A stretch of DNA of 64,000 nt, taken from contig JBDUCU010000002.1 of assembly GCA_040003315.1 (NCBI GenBank), positions 5,832 through 69,831 of the forward strand, read 5' to 3'. Under the pieces are notes generated by a model. It did no database searches, was not told where the DNA came from, and saw only the letters and a list, made by a program, of their open reading frames with translations. Below are positions 10,615 through 21,641 of the stretch, piece by piece; positions within the stretch are counted from its first letter, which is position 1; every line of letters starts with the position of its first letter. The translations under genes and the position numbers were made by a program. Source of the DNA: Burkholderiaceae bacterium (lineage in GTDB: Bacteria; Pseudomonadota; Gammaproteobacteria; Burkholderiales; Burkholderiaceae_F).

Positions 10615-11184
10615 CTATCGCCGCAGCACGACCTTCTCCGCCAGCGCCAGATAATGGCGCAGCGGCGGTGTTTGCGCGTGCTCGATCTTTGCGAGATCGT
10701 CCCATAGACGGACATGCACAGCCTGCTCTGCATACGGCTGCGAGATGAAACGCTCGGCTTCGCCGTCCGTGAAAATCCCGCCTTGCAATTCCAGGCTGCG
10801 CTTCGAATCGGCTGAAAGTCCGGCCCAGTATTGAGCGCCATTGATCGTGCCGTCGCCTCGCGCACAAAGATATCGTTTAGCGTCGACGTGCAGGCGGATC
10901 GGCTGCAGCACTGCGTCGTCGAACAGGCCCCGCAGGAACGGCAGCGCGACGTATTCATGTCGATCGTCGACTCCGCGCAGTGTTGGCGTTTCGCCCTGGT
11001 CGTTGACCATATGACCGAGGTCGTGCAGCAACGCGGCCACGACGAGCGAGGGAGCCGAGCCGCTTTGCTCCGCAAGCTGCGCAGCCTGCAGCGCGTGCTG
11101 CAGTTGAGTAACCGGCTCTCCGGCGTACATGCGCGCGCCCTTGGTCGCAAACAGCGGTTCGATGTCGCCAAGACCGAATCGCAT
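10615..11184 (-). CDS. HD-domain protein of the phosphonate-operon-associated type (PhnZ/MIOX-like di-iron oxygenase candidate)
   Basis: Start at ATG 11184, 4 nt after the upstream stop. Candidate metal-ligand series: QLQHALQ, LLHDLGH, DRHEYV, IRLHVDA, LWDDL. Confidence 0.65.
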   Translation of the reverse strand: MRFGLGDIEPLFATKGARMYAGEPVTQLQHALQAAQLAEQSGSAPSLVVAALLHDLGHMVNDQGETPTLRGVDDRHEYVALPFLRGLFDDAVLQPIRLHVDAKRYLCARGDGTINGAQYWAGLSADSKRSLELQGGIFTDGEAERFISQPYAEQAVHVRLWDDLAKIEHAQTPPLRHYLALAEKVVLRR

Positions 11185-11188
11185 CGCG

Positions 11189-12868
11189 CTAAATGGGCGT
11201 CGTTTGCTCGGTGTTGAACAACCCGGCCTGTGCCCCCAGCACGCGGGTTTTGGCGAGCACACCGGCTGACTCGAGGATCGGGTATGACACCGAGCAGATC
11301 AGGGAGTTGATGCGCTTGAAATCGGACAGGAGATCCAGATGCAGCGAGCTGGTTTCGACCGACTGCAGCGTGTTCTCAAACAACCTGCGCAGGTGATGGT
11401 CGGCATAGCGCAGCTCGAGCTCGCGGAACGCAACCTTTTCCGCGATCAGCTGCTGTGCCGATTTCAGGTCTCCATTCAGGAAAACCGCCACCGACAATTG
11501 CAGGTTGGTCATCAGCCGTGCGTGCAGGTCGCTGATCTCGACCAGGCCGGCTTGCGAAAAGGACAGCTTCAGCTGGATCTTGCGTTGCGCGATGTCGAGC
11601 AGCAGGCGCTCGATGATGTCGCCAATGTGCTCGAGATTGATGGTGAACTGGATGATCTCGGTCCAGCGGCGCGCTTCGTTCGCATCGAGCGCTTCGCGGC
11701 TAACCTGCGCCAGGTAGCGCTTGATCGCCGAATACAGGCGGTCGACTTCGTCGTCTTTCCGGCGCAGCGCTTCCACCAGCGGCAGGTCGTTGGTCTTCAG
11801 AACCGTCGGCAGTCCGGTCAGCATTTCATGCACGGTATCTGCCAGCCGGATCGTTTCGCGGGATGCATTGCCCAGAGCGAGCGCAGGGGTATCGAGCGCG
11901 ACGGGATCAAGATATTTCGGCTCGCCGGCGCGATCGGTGATCGGTTTCGCGGGCAGCCAGCGTTCAGCAATCACTGCAAAGCGATCGGTGAATCCGATGA
12001 ACGCGATTGCCAAGGCGATGTTAAACAGCAGGTGAAACTGCACGATCAGCTGCTGAGGATTGTCTTGCCACCGCGTGAGAAAGGGGGTCACGAGCGGCAA
12101 CGCGAGCACCGCGACCGCGACCCCGGCAGCCTTGAACATGAAGTTGCCAAGCGGCACGCGGCGAGCGACGGCATCCGCTTTCCACGTTGTGAGCAATGCC
12201 AAGAGTCCGCTGCCGAGGTTCGCGCCCAACACGATCGGCAGTGCGACCTGGATTGGCAGCACGTGCGTTGCCGACAGCGTGGCTACCAGCAGCACAACAG
12301 CGAGACTCGAATACGAAGCAACCACCATCAATGCACCGATCAGCACGTCGAGCAGCAAATCGCCCGACAGTTGAGCGAACAGGACCCGCACCCCGGACGC
12401 CTGCGTCAGCGGCGCGGTCGCTGCAGTCACCATCTGCAGCGCGAGGATCATCACGCCGAGGCCCAGCACGATCTTGCCAATCTGGCCTGCGCGCTCGTTC
12501 TTCTTGGACAGATACACCACCACGCCGGCCACGATCAGCAGCGGTGCGAGCCAGGTCAGATTGAGTGAAAAAAACTGAACCATCAACGCGGTGCCAACAT
12601 CGGCTCCGAGCATCACCGCCAGCGCGGCTGCGGTCGTGATCAGGCCCTGTGACACGAACGAAGACGCCAGCAATGCGGTAGCAGTCGAGCTTTGCAGCAG
12701 GCCGGTGACGGCGACGCCTGCGACAAAACTGGTACCGCGGTGGCCGACGTTGCGTCGTAGGACATGACGCAGACTTGCGCCGTACACGCGCAGCACTCCG
12801 CTGCGCACGATATGTGTTCCCCAAACGAGAAGCGCGATGGCGGCTAAGAGGTTAAGCAATGTCTGCAT
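11189..12868 (-). CDS. Na+/phosphate cotransporter family protein with C-terminal PhoU-like domain
   Basis: 559 aa. The N-terminal half is polytopic (MQTLLNLLAAIALLVWGTHIVRSG...). The C-terminal soluble half has paired PhoU-type helices (DDEVDRLYSAIKRYL..., INLEHIGDIIE). Confidence 0.83.
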   Translation of the reverse strand: MQTLLNLLAAIALLVWGTHIVRSGVLRVYGASLRHVLRRNVGHRGTSFVAGVAVTGLLQSSTATALLASSFVSQGLITTAAALAVMLGADVGTALMVQFFSLNLTWLAPLLIVAGVVVYLSKKNERAGQIGKIVLGLGVMILALQMVTAATAPLTQASGVRVLFAQLSGDLLLDVLIGALMVVASYSSLAVVLLVATLSATHVLPIQVALPIVLGANLGSGLLALLTTWKADAVARRVPLGNFMFKAAGVAVAVLALPLVTPFLTRWQDNPQQLIVQFHLLFNIALAIAFIGFTDRFAVIAERWLPAKPITDRAGEPKYLDPVALDTPALALGNASRETIRLADTVHEMLTGLPTVLKTNDLPLVEALRRKDDEVDRLYSAIKRYLAQVSREALDANEARRWTEIIQFTINLEHIGDIIERLLLDIAQRKIQLKLSFSQAGLVEISDLHARLMTNLQLSVAVFLNGDLKSAQQLIAEKVAFRELELRYADHHLRRLFENTLQSVETSSLHLDLLSDFKRINSLICSVSYPILESAGVLAKTRVLGAQAGLFNTEQTTPI

Positions 12869-12877
12869 TGACTGCTG

Positions 12878-14317
12878 CTACCAGGGCAACGAGTACGTCT
12901 TGGTGTTGGTGAAGCTCTTCATTGCTTCGAGCACGCCTTCCTTGTAGCCCAATCCTGAATCCTTGATGCCCCCGAAAGGCGTCAGTTCCAGCCGGTATCC
13001 CGGCACTTCACGCACATTCACGGTGCCCACCTGCAACTCAGATACGAAACGCGTGACGTAATCGAGCCGGTTGGTGCACACGGCTGAAGATAACCCGTAC
13101 GCTGTCGAGTTGCTGATTGCGATCGCTTCATCGATCGTGCCGAATCGAATCACCGGCGACACCGGACCGAACGTTTCCTGTCTGACCAGCGTCATCTCCG
13201 TTTTTACATCATCTACGACGGTCGGCGAATACAGCGCACCCTGGCGCTGGTTGCCGGTCACCAGTAGCGCGCCGTGTGCTACGGCTTCGTTGACTCGTTG
13301 CTCGAACAGCTTGGCGGCGGACTCGTCGATCACCGTGCCCATGTCGGTTGACGGATCAAGCGGGTCGCCATAATTCACGGCCTTAGTCTTTGCAAGCAGC
13401 AGCTCGACGAAGCGATCTGCGACCGCGTGCTGAACCAACATCCGCTTGACCGCGGTGCACCGCTGGCCCGAGTTCTTGTACGAGCCGCTCGCGGCAAGCG
13501 TTGCCGCTTCTTCGAGATCGGCATCTTCCATCACGATGATCGGGTCGTTGCCGCCCAGCTCCAGCACTTGCCGCTTGTAGACCGCCTTTGCAGCGATCGC
13601 CTTACCGACGGCGACACCACCGGTGAAGGTCACCAGATCGACCTGGGGGTTCGTCAACAGCTCATCGGCGATCTCGCGCGGGTCGCCGGTAATGACCGAC
13701 AACATCGGTGGTGGCAAGCCGGCCTCGTACAGGATGTCGGCCAGAGCGTATGCCGCAAGCGGCGTTTTCTCGCTGGGCTTCAACACGACCCGGTTGTTGG
13801 TCGCGATTGCGGGTGCAACTTTGTGGATCACCTGATTCAGCGGGTGATTGAACGGCGTGATCGCGGTGATCACGCCGAGCAGAGGCTCGCGCATCGTGTA
13901 CACCTTGCGCTGGCGTCCATGCGGCGTGACGTCGCACGAGAAAACCTGGCCGTCGTCGACCAGCGCCTGATTCGCGGAGAACAGCAGCACATCGCTGGCG
14001 CGGCCCACTTCGTACAGCGTGTCTTTCAAGCACAACCCTGATTCGAGCGTGATCATTCGCGCGATCGCATCGCGTCGCTCGGCAATGATCTGCGCCGCCT
14101 TCATCAGGATCCGATAGCGTTCGTGCCGCGTCAGTCGGCTGCGAAAACGTGCACCGATGTCGATCGCGTGCCGCACCTGCGCCACCGACGCATTCGGCAC
14201 GAAGGCTACGACTTCGTCGGTGTACGGATAGCGGATCTCGAAATGCCGATCGCCCGCGATTTTTTCGCCCGCGATGCGCAGCGATTCGGTCCGGATGGGT
14301 GCGTTGGGCGCGTTCAT
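12878..14317 (-). CDS. phnY: Aldehyde dehydrogenase, phosphonoacetaldehyde dehydrogenase (PhnY-type) by context
   Basis: ALDH motifs VLELGGNDP and SGQRCTAVKR (catalytic Cys). ATG at 14317 lies 5 nt after the phnA stop. Positioned between phnA and Pi-handling genes. Confidence 0.8.
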   Translation of the reverse strand: MNAPNAPIRTESLRIAGEKIAGDRHFEIRYPYTDEVVAFVPNASVAQVRHAIDIGARFRSRLTRHERYRILMKAAQIIAERRDAIARMITLESGLCLKDTLYEVGRASDVLLFSANQALVDDGQVFSCDVTPHGRQRKVYTMREPLLGVITAITPFNHPLNQVIHKVAPAIATNNRVVLKPSEKTPLAAYALADILYEAGLPPPMLSVITGDPREIADELLTNPQVDLVTFTGGVAVGKAIAAKAVYKRQVLELGGNDPIIVMEDADLEEAATLAASGSYKNSGQRCTAVKRMLVQHAVADRFVELLLAKTKAVNYGDPLDPSTDMGTVIDESAAKLFEQRVNEAVAHGALLVTGNQRQGALYSPTVVDDVKTEMTLVRQETFGPVSPVIRFGTIDEAIAISNSTAYGLSSAVCTNRLDYVTRFVSELQVGTVNVREVPGYRLELTPFGGIKDSGLGYKEGVLEAMKSFTNTKTYSLPW

Positions 14318-14322
14318 CGGGA

Positions 14323-16339
<2,017 letters not shown>

Positions 16340-16367
16340 CGCCGCGATTCTAGCCGGTGAAGTGTTT

Positions 16368-16379
16368 ATTGTCGACAAT
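16368..16379. promoter_or_regulatory. Perfect 12-bp palindrome ATTGTCGACAAT in the divergent phnR/phnS control region (candidate GntR operator)
   Basis: Read directly from the sequence; it is self-complementary over all 12 positions. The GT..AC core is the type bound by GntR-family proteins. Confidence 0.4.
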
Positions 16380-16392
16380 ATGCAAAAAACAA

Positions 16393-16422
16393 TTGACAGC
16401 CAAAATTGTGACTGCCTAGACT
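16393..16422 (+). promoter_or_regulatory. Candidate sigma70 promoter for the phnS operon (TTGACA-N18-TAGACT)
   Basis: TTGACA at 16393-16398 and TAGACT at 16417-16422, about 110 nt upstream of the phnS ATG. Confidence 0.35.
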
Positions 16423-16423
16423 G

Positions 16424-16443
16424 ACGGTGATTTGTGTCACCGT
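16424..16443. promoter_or_regulatory. Inverted repeat ACGGTGA-N6-TCACCGT immediately downstream of the candidate -10 (operator or 5'-UTR hairpin)
   Basis: 7-bp perfect arms read from the sequence. Its position would block open-complex formation or sit at the start of the transcript. Confidence 0.35.
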
Positions 16444-16533
16444 GTCGTCAACCGCTTTAATTGGCCTGCGCCGTAGGCTGTTCAGCCCACTCAACAGAGC
16501 CGACGGGCCGTATCGACCAACAGGGAGAAGTCG

Positions 16534-17565
16534 ATGAAATTCGTTTCCAACACGGCCGTCAAGGTCTTCGCGGCTGCTGCACTTTCGCTTTGCGCATTCG
16601 GTGCCTACGCGCAAAAGACACAGCTCAGCGTGTACACCGCGCTCGAGACCGATCAACTGAAGGCTTACAAGGAAGGCTTCGAAAAATCGAATCCCAACAT
16701 TGAAATCGTCTGGGTGCGCGACTCCACCGGCATCGTTACCGCGAAGCTGCTGGCGGAAAAGGCGAACCCAAAGGCCGACGTGATCATGGGTCTGGCCGCG
16801 ACGAGCATGGCGGTGTTCGACAACGAAGGGATGCTGGTTCCTTATGCGCCGCCGGGCTTAAGCCGCCTCTCCGCGCAGTACCGCGACCCGAAGAATCCGC
16901 CGACATGGGTGGGGATGGACGTGTGGGGCGCCACCATTTGCTACAACACGGTAGAAGGCGCGAAGCGCAATGTCCCGAAGCCCGAAACATGGCGTGATCT
17001 GACCAAGTCGGTCTACAAGGGCCAGATCGTGATGCCGCACCCCGCGTCATCGGGCACCGGATTTTTCGATGTCTCCGCGTGGTTGCAAATGTGGGGCGAG
17101 GCCGACGGATGGAAGTTCATGGACGCGCTGCACGAGAACGTCGCGCAGTACATGCACTCCGGCTCGCGGCCCTGCGCGGCGGCGGCAGCGGGCGAATATG
17201 TGGTCGGCATTTCGTTCGAATATCGCGCCAACCGCGAGAAGGCGCGCGGCGCCCCGATCGAGTTGGTCTTTCCGAAGGAAGGGCTGGGATGGGATCTGGA
17301 AGCCATCGCGATCCACAAAGGCACCAAGAACATGGCTGCCGCGCAGAAGCTCGTCGATTGGTCGGTAAGCGACGAGGCGATGGCGCTGTACGCCAATAAT
17401 TTTGCAATCGTTGCGGTTCCCGCACTGTCGAAGCCGCTTCCCAATGTGCCGGCCGACTACGCGACCCGTCTGGTGAAGAACGACTTCGCCTGGGCCGCGA
17501 AGAACCGCGACCGCGTGCTGGCAGAGTGGGAGAAGCGTTACGGGACCAAGGCCGCGCCGAAGTAG
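16534..17565 (+). CDS. phnS: 2-aminoethylphosphonate ABC transporter substrate-binding protein
   Basis: 343 aa with signal peptide MKFVSNTAVKVFAAAALSLCAFGAYA. Iron/AEP-type SBP fold pattern. SD gggag upstream. First gene of the phnSTU-W array. Confidence 0.83.
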   Translation: MKFVSNTAVKVFAAAALSLCAFGAYAQKTQLSVYTALETDQLKAYKEGFEKSNPNIEIVWVRDSTGIVTAKLLAEKANPKADVIMGLAATSMAVFDNEGMLVPYAPPGLSRLSAQYRDPKNPPTWVGMDVWGATICYNTVEGAKRNVPKPETWRDLTKSVYKGQIVMPHPASSGTGFFDVSAWLQMWGEADGWKFMDALHENVAQYMHSGSRPCAAAAAGEYVVGISFEYRANREKARGAPIELVFPKEGLGWDLEAIAIHKGTKNMAAAQKLVDWSVSDEAMALYANNFAIVAVPALSKPLPNVPADYATRLVKNDFAWAAKNRDRVLAEWEKRYGTKAAPK

Positions 17566-17566
17566 G

Positions 17567-17636
17567 GTTATTTCCGACGACTTTCGCGGAAATAACTCGC
17601 CGGGTTGGACCGCACCTCTAGGGGCGTTCAACCCGG
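17567..17636 (+). promoter_or_regulatory. Two intercistronic stem-loops between phnS and phnT (10-bp and 8-bp stems)
   Basis: GTTATTTCCG/CGGAAATAAC at 17567-17596 and CCGGGTTG/CAACCCGG at 17600-17636. No U-tract follows either stem. Confidence 0.4.
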
Positions 17637-17648
17637 CGGACTCCAGCC

Positions 17649-18749
17649 ATGGTCATCGACGCAGCGGCGGTTCGACTCGAAGGCATCCGCAAAACTTTCG
17701 GAAGTTTCGTTGCGCTCGACTCGATCGACCTGGCGATCGCGCCGGGCGAGCTGGTTTGCTTTCTCGGTCCCTCGGGATGTGGCAAGACCACGCTGTTGAG
17801 AATCATCGCAGGTCTCGAACGGCAAACGCTCGGCCGCATCTGGCAAAACGGTATTGATGTTTCCAACGCACCGCCGGCCGGACGCGACTATGGAATCGTG
17901 TTCCAGTCGTATGCGCTGTTCCCGAACCTGACGATCGCGCAAAATGTCGCCTACGGCCTCGTTAATCGGCGCAAGGCGCGCGCCGAACGATCGGCACGTG
18001 TCAGCGAGTTGCTGTCGCTCGTCGGGTTGTCGGACGCGGGCGGCAAATATCCGAGCCAGATGTCGGGCGGCCAGCAGCAGCGCGTTGCGCTTGCTCGCGC
18101 GCTCGCGACGTCGCCCAGTTTGCTGCTGCTTGACGAGCCACTGTCTGCGCTGGATGCAAAAGTGCGCGAGCGGCTACGCGGCGAGATCAAGCAATTGCAG
18201 CGCCGGTTGCGCGTGACCACGATCATGGTGACGCACGATCAGGAAGAGGCCCTGTCAATGGCCGATAAAGTAATTGTGATGAACGACGGCGTGATCGAAC
18301 AGATCGGCTCGGCGAGCGAAGTCTATGAGCGCGCCGCGACTCCGTTTGTGGCGGAATTTCTGGGTAAGGTCAACGTGTTGAATGCGGTCTCGCTTGGCGC
18401 CGGCAACTATCGCGTCGGTGCGGTCAACCTGACGTTGCCGGATGGCGCGGCCGGTAACGTCGCAGGCCAGATGGTGCGAATCTATGTTCGCCCCGAGGAT
18501 CGGCATGTCGAAGGAGACATCGCGAGCATGCCAAATCGCCTGCGCGGACGCATCGACCGCATCGACTATCTGGGCACGTTCTGCCTGGCCGAGCTGCGCA
18601 GCGAAGCGCTCGGCCAGCCGATGCTGATTTCCTATTCACTGAATCAGTTGCACGATCTTGGCGTGCGCGAGGGGCGGGAAGTCGAAATTGCGCTGCGCGT
18701 CGATCGCGTGCGTGTGTTTGCGGACTCCAGCGCGCCGGCGGTGGTATGA
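17649..18749 (+). CDS. phnT: 2-aminoethylphosphonate ABC transporter ATP-binding protein
   Basis: Walker A GPSGCGKTT, signature MSGGQQQRVALARAL, Walker B LLLLDEP, and a C-terminal TOBE-like domain. Confidence 0.9.
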   Translation: MVIDAAAVRLEGIRKTFGSFVALDSIDLAIAPGELVCFLGPSGCGKTTLLRIIAGLERQTLGRIWQNGIDVSNAPPAGRDYGIVFQSYALFPNLTIAQNVAYGLVNRRKARAERSARVSELLSLVGLSDAGGKYPSQMSGGQQQRVALARALATSPSLLLLDEPLSALDAKVRERLRGEIKQLQRRLRVTTIMVTHDQEEALSMADKVIVMNDGVIEQIGSASEVYERAATPFVAEFLGKVNVLNAVSLGAGNYRVGAVNLTLPDGAAGNVAGQMVRIYVRPEDRHVEGDIASMPNRLRGRIDRIDYLGTFCLAELRSEALGQPMLISYSLNQLHDLGVREGREVEIALRVDRVRVFADSSAPAVV

Positions 18750-20476
18750 GCGTCGTGGCGTTGCCCGCTGCGCGTGTGGGTGGCCCATCGCGGCTCGCGC
18801 TCGCAGGCGAAGCGCTGGCTGCACGGGGAGGTTTGCTGCTGCTTGCGCTGGGCCTGTTCGTCTTCCTGACGGTCCCGTTGGCGATGCTGTTTGCGCGCAG
18901 TGTCGAAGGACGCGCCGGAGAGTTCGTCGGAATAGCAAACTTTGTTCAGTACGTGCAGTCGCCGGCATTGGCACGATCAACGTCGAACACGCTGACCTTC
19001 GCCCTTCTGACGACGCTGATCACGGTGCCGCTCGCATTTGTGTTCGCTTATGCGATTCAGCGCAGCTGCATTCCCTACAAGAGTCTGTGGCGCAATGTCG
19101 CGATGATTCCGATCCTTGCGCCGTCGCTGCTGGCAGCGATCTCTTTCATTTATCTGTTCGGTAATCAAGGTGCACTGAAGTTCGTGCTCGGATGGTTCGG
19201 CGTGGAATCGATCTACGGCATGCCGGGCATGGTGCTGGCGATGACGTTTGCGTCGTTTCCGCACGCGGTGATGATTCTGCTCGCCGCGCTGGCGCTGTCG
19301 GACGCCCGCCTTTATGAGGCCGCGGATTCTCTGGGAACCAGCGAGCGCCGCAAGTTCACGACGATCACGCTACCGGGCGCGAGGTACGGATTGATCTCCG
19401 CCAGCATGGTGGTATTCACGATGGCGGTGTCCGAGTTCGGCGTTCCGAAGGTCATCGGGGGCAACACCAACGTGCTCGCGGTCGATATCTACAAGCAGGT
19501 GATCGGCCAGCAGAACTTCTCGATGGGCGCCGTCGTGGGACTGGTGCTGTTGTTGCCGGCCGTGGTGGCGTTCATCATCGACCACATCGTGCGACGCCGT
19601 CAGCAAGCGTTGATCACCGGCCGCAGCGTTCCGTACCAGGCCAGCCCGTCACGCGGTCGGGACGCGGCGCTATTGGCGTACGTCGTGCTGATGTCAATGC
19701 TGCTGTTAATCGTCGTAGGAATGGCCGCGTTCGGCTCGGTCGTCAAGCTCTGGCCGTACAACATGTCGCTGACACTCAACCATTACACGTACGGCTTCGA
19801 AGAGGCCGGCATCGAGCATGCGTACCGCAACAGCCTGAAGCTCGCAGTCCTTTGCGGTGTGCTCGGAGCAGCAATCACCTTCGCCGGCGCCTATTGGCTC
19901 GAGAAAACGCGTGGCGCCGAGCTGCTGCGACCGCTGATCCGTCTGCAGGCGATGCTGCCGATGGCAGTTCCCGGGCTCGTGCTCGGTATCGGCTATATCC
20001 TGTTTTTCAACGCACCTGCCAATCCGTTGAACTTCCTGTATGGAACTATGGGAATCCTCGTCGTATCGACGCTGATCCATTTCTATTCTTCGAGTCATCT
20101 GACTGCGGTCACTGCGCTCAATCAGATCGACCGCGAATTCGAGTCCGTTTCCGCGTCGCTGAAAGTGCCGTTTTACAAGACCTTCTGGCGGGTTACCGTA
20201 CCGGTGTGCCTGCCGTCGATCCTCGATATCGGCCGCTACTACTTTGTCAACGCGATGACGACCATATCCGCGGTGGTTTTCTTATACTCGCCGCAAACGA
20301 CGCTGGCGGCGATCTCTATCCTGCAGCTTGATGAGGCTGGCGCGATCGGCTCCGCCGCCGCAATGGCTACATTGATCGTGGTGACCTCGGCGGCCGTAAC
20401 GGCGATACTGTTCGTCGCCGAATCCGCGCTGATCCTGCGCACCCAGAAATGGCGAAATACATCTTTGAAAGCGTAA
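18746..20476 (+). CDS. 2-aminoethylphosphonate ABC transporter permease (fused double permease)
   Basis: 576-aa polytopic protein with two permease halves, each with an EAA-like loop ([15 protein letters not shown]... and [18 protein letters not shown]). ATGA overlap with phnT. Confidence 0.85.
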   Translation: MSVVALPAARVGGPSRLALAGEALAARGGLLLLALGLFVFLTVPLAMLFARSVEGRAGEFVGIANFVQYVQSPALARSTSNTLTFALLTTLITVPLAFVFAYAIQRSCIPYKSLWRNVAMIPILAPSLLAAISFIYLFGNQGALKFVLGWFGVESIYGMPGMVLAMTFASFPHAVMILLAALALSDARLYEAADSLGTSERRKFTTITLPGARYGLISASMVVFTMAVSEFGVPKVIGGNTNVLAVDIYKQVIGQQNFSMGAVVGLVLLLPAVVAFIIDHIVRRRQQALITGRSVPYQASPSRGRDAALLAYVVLMSMLLLIVVGMAAFGSVVKLWPYNMSLTLNHYTYGFEEAGIEHAYRNSLKLAVLCGVLGAAITFAGAYWLEKTRGAELLRPLIRLQAMLPMAVPGLVLGIGYILFFNAPANPLNFLYGTMGILVVSTLIHFYSSSHLTAVTALNQIDREFESVSASLKVPFYKTFWRVTVPVCLPSILDIGRYYFVNAMTTISAVVFLYSPQTTLAAISILQLDEAGAIGSAAAMATLIVVTSAAVTAILFVAESALILRTQKWRNTSLKA

Positions 20477-20486
20477 AGGAATTTCG

Positions 20487-21635
20487 ATGATCCGCGGCAA
20501 CGATCCGATTTTGCTGACGCCCGGCCCGTTGACGACGTCGCTTCGCACCAAGCAGGCGATGCTGTCCGACTGGGGTTCCTGGGACGCGGCCTTTAACGGC
20601 ATCACCGCCAGTATCCGGCGCGATGTGATCGACATCGTCAACGGCGGCGACGATTACACGTGTGTCCCGCTGCAGGGCAGCGGGACATTCTCAGTCGAAG
20701 CCGCCATCGGAACGCTGGTGCCCCGCAACGCGAGAGTCCTCGTGCCGAATAACGGCGCGTACTGCGCGCGCATCGTGCGCATCTGCAGATATCTGAATCG
20801 TGCGGTCGTGGATTTGGCCGTACCCGAGGATCAGCCGACCACGGGCGCGGTCGTCGAGGCTGCTCTGATTGCCGACCCCATGATCACCCACGTTGCGCAG
20901 GTGCATTGCGAAACCGGTGCCGGCATGGTGAACGATTTGGCCGGAGTCGCGCAGGTTTGTCGCAACTACGGCAAAGGGCTGATCGTCGATGCAATGAGCT
21001 CGTTCGCGGCTCTGCCGATCGACGTGCGCGCGATTCCGTTCGATGCGCTCATCGCGGCCAGCGGCAAGTGTCTGGAGGGCGTGCCGGGAATGGGCTTTGT
21101 GGTCGCCAAGAAGTCGCTGCTGGAAGCTCGGGCGGGCAACGCCCATTCCTTGGCGATGGATCTGCACGATCAATACGTGTACATGGAGAAGACGACGCAG
21201 TGGCGCTACACCCCGCCCACCCACGTCGTGGCTGCGCTGCGTGTTGCAATCGATCAGTTCAAGGAAGAGGGTGGCCAGCCCGCTCGACTTGCGCGCTACA
21301 AGAGCAATTGCGCAACGTTGGTCGAGGGAATGGTGGGACTTGGCTTCAAGCCTTTTTTGCCGCCGGCCGTTCAGGCGCCGATCATCGTCACGTTCCACGC
21401 GCCTGCCAACCCGGCGTACACCTTCAAGGCGTTCTACGAAATGACTCGCGATCGCGGCTACATGCTGTACCCCGGCAAGCTGACCGAAGTCGAGACGTTC
21501 AGGGTCGGGTGCATCGGCGCGATCGACGCCAACGAAATGCGCAACGTGGTGAGCGCCGTGTCGCAGACGCTGCAGGCCATGGGTATCAAGCACGCCGAGC
21601 CGTCGATCATTACCGCTGCGCGCAGGGCGGCGTAG
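20487..21635 (+). CDS. phnW: 2-aminoethylphosphonate:pyruvate aminotransferase
   Basis: N-terminus [13 protein letters not shown]...[12 protein letters not shown] is diagnostic for PhnW. Class V aminotransferase length (382 aa). Confidence 0.9.
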   Translation: MIRGNDPILLTPGPLTTSLRTKQAMLSDWGSWDAAFNGITASIRRDVIDIVNGGDDYTCVPLQGSGTFSVEAAIGTLVPRNARVLVPNNGAYCARIVRICRYLNRAVVDLAVPEDQPTTGAVVEAALIADPMITHVAQVHCETGAGMVNDLAGVAQVCRNYGKGLIVDAMSSFAALPIDVRAIPFDALIAASGKCLEGVPGMGFVVAKKSLLEARAGNAHSLAMDLHDQYVYMEKTTQWRYTPPTHVVAALRVAIDQFKEEGGQPARLARYKSNCATLVEGMVGLGFKPFLPPAVQAPIIVTFHAPANPAYTFKAFYEMTRDRGYMLYPGKLTEVETFRVGCIGAIDANEMRNVVSAVSQTLQAMGIKHAEPSIITAARRAA

Positions 21636-21641
21636 CGCGCG

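Noticed and set aside
11339-12568. 409-aa plus-strand ORF opposite the Na/Pi-PhoU gene. Similar long antisense ORFs occur at 20691-21593, 24028-25344, 43407-44456, 55440-56333, 57925-58722, 59758-61029 and 49638-50474.
   Set aside because: These translations are Arg/His/Gln/Asp-rich with no motifs. Each lies exactly opposite a gene with clear family signatures. This is the typical stop-codon-poor antisense frame of high-GC DNA.
16393-16420. Possible Pho box overlapping the phnS promoter (TTGACAGCCAAAATTGTGAC).
   Set aside because: The two TGTCA-like half sites are not direct repeats at the 11-bp periodicity required for PhoB binding.
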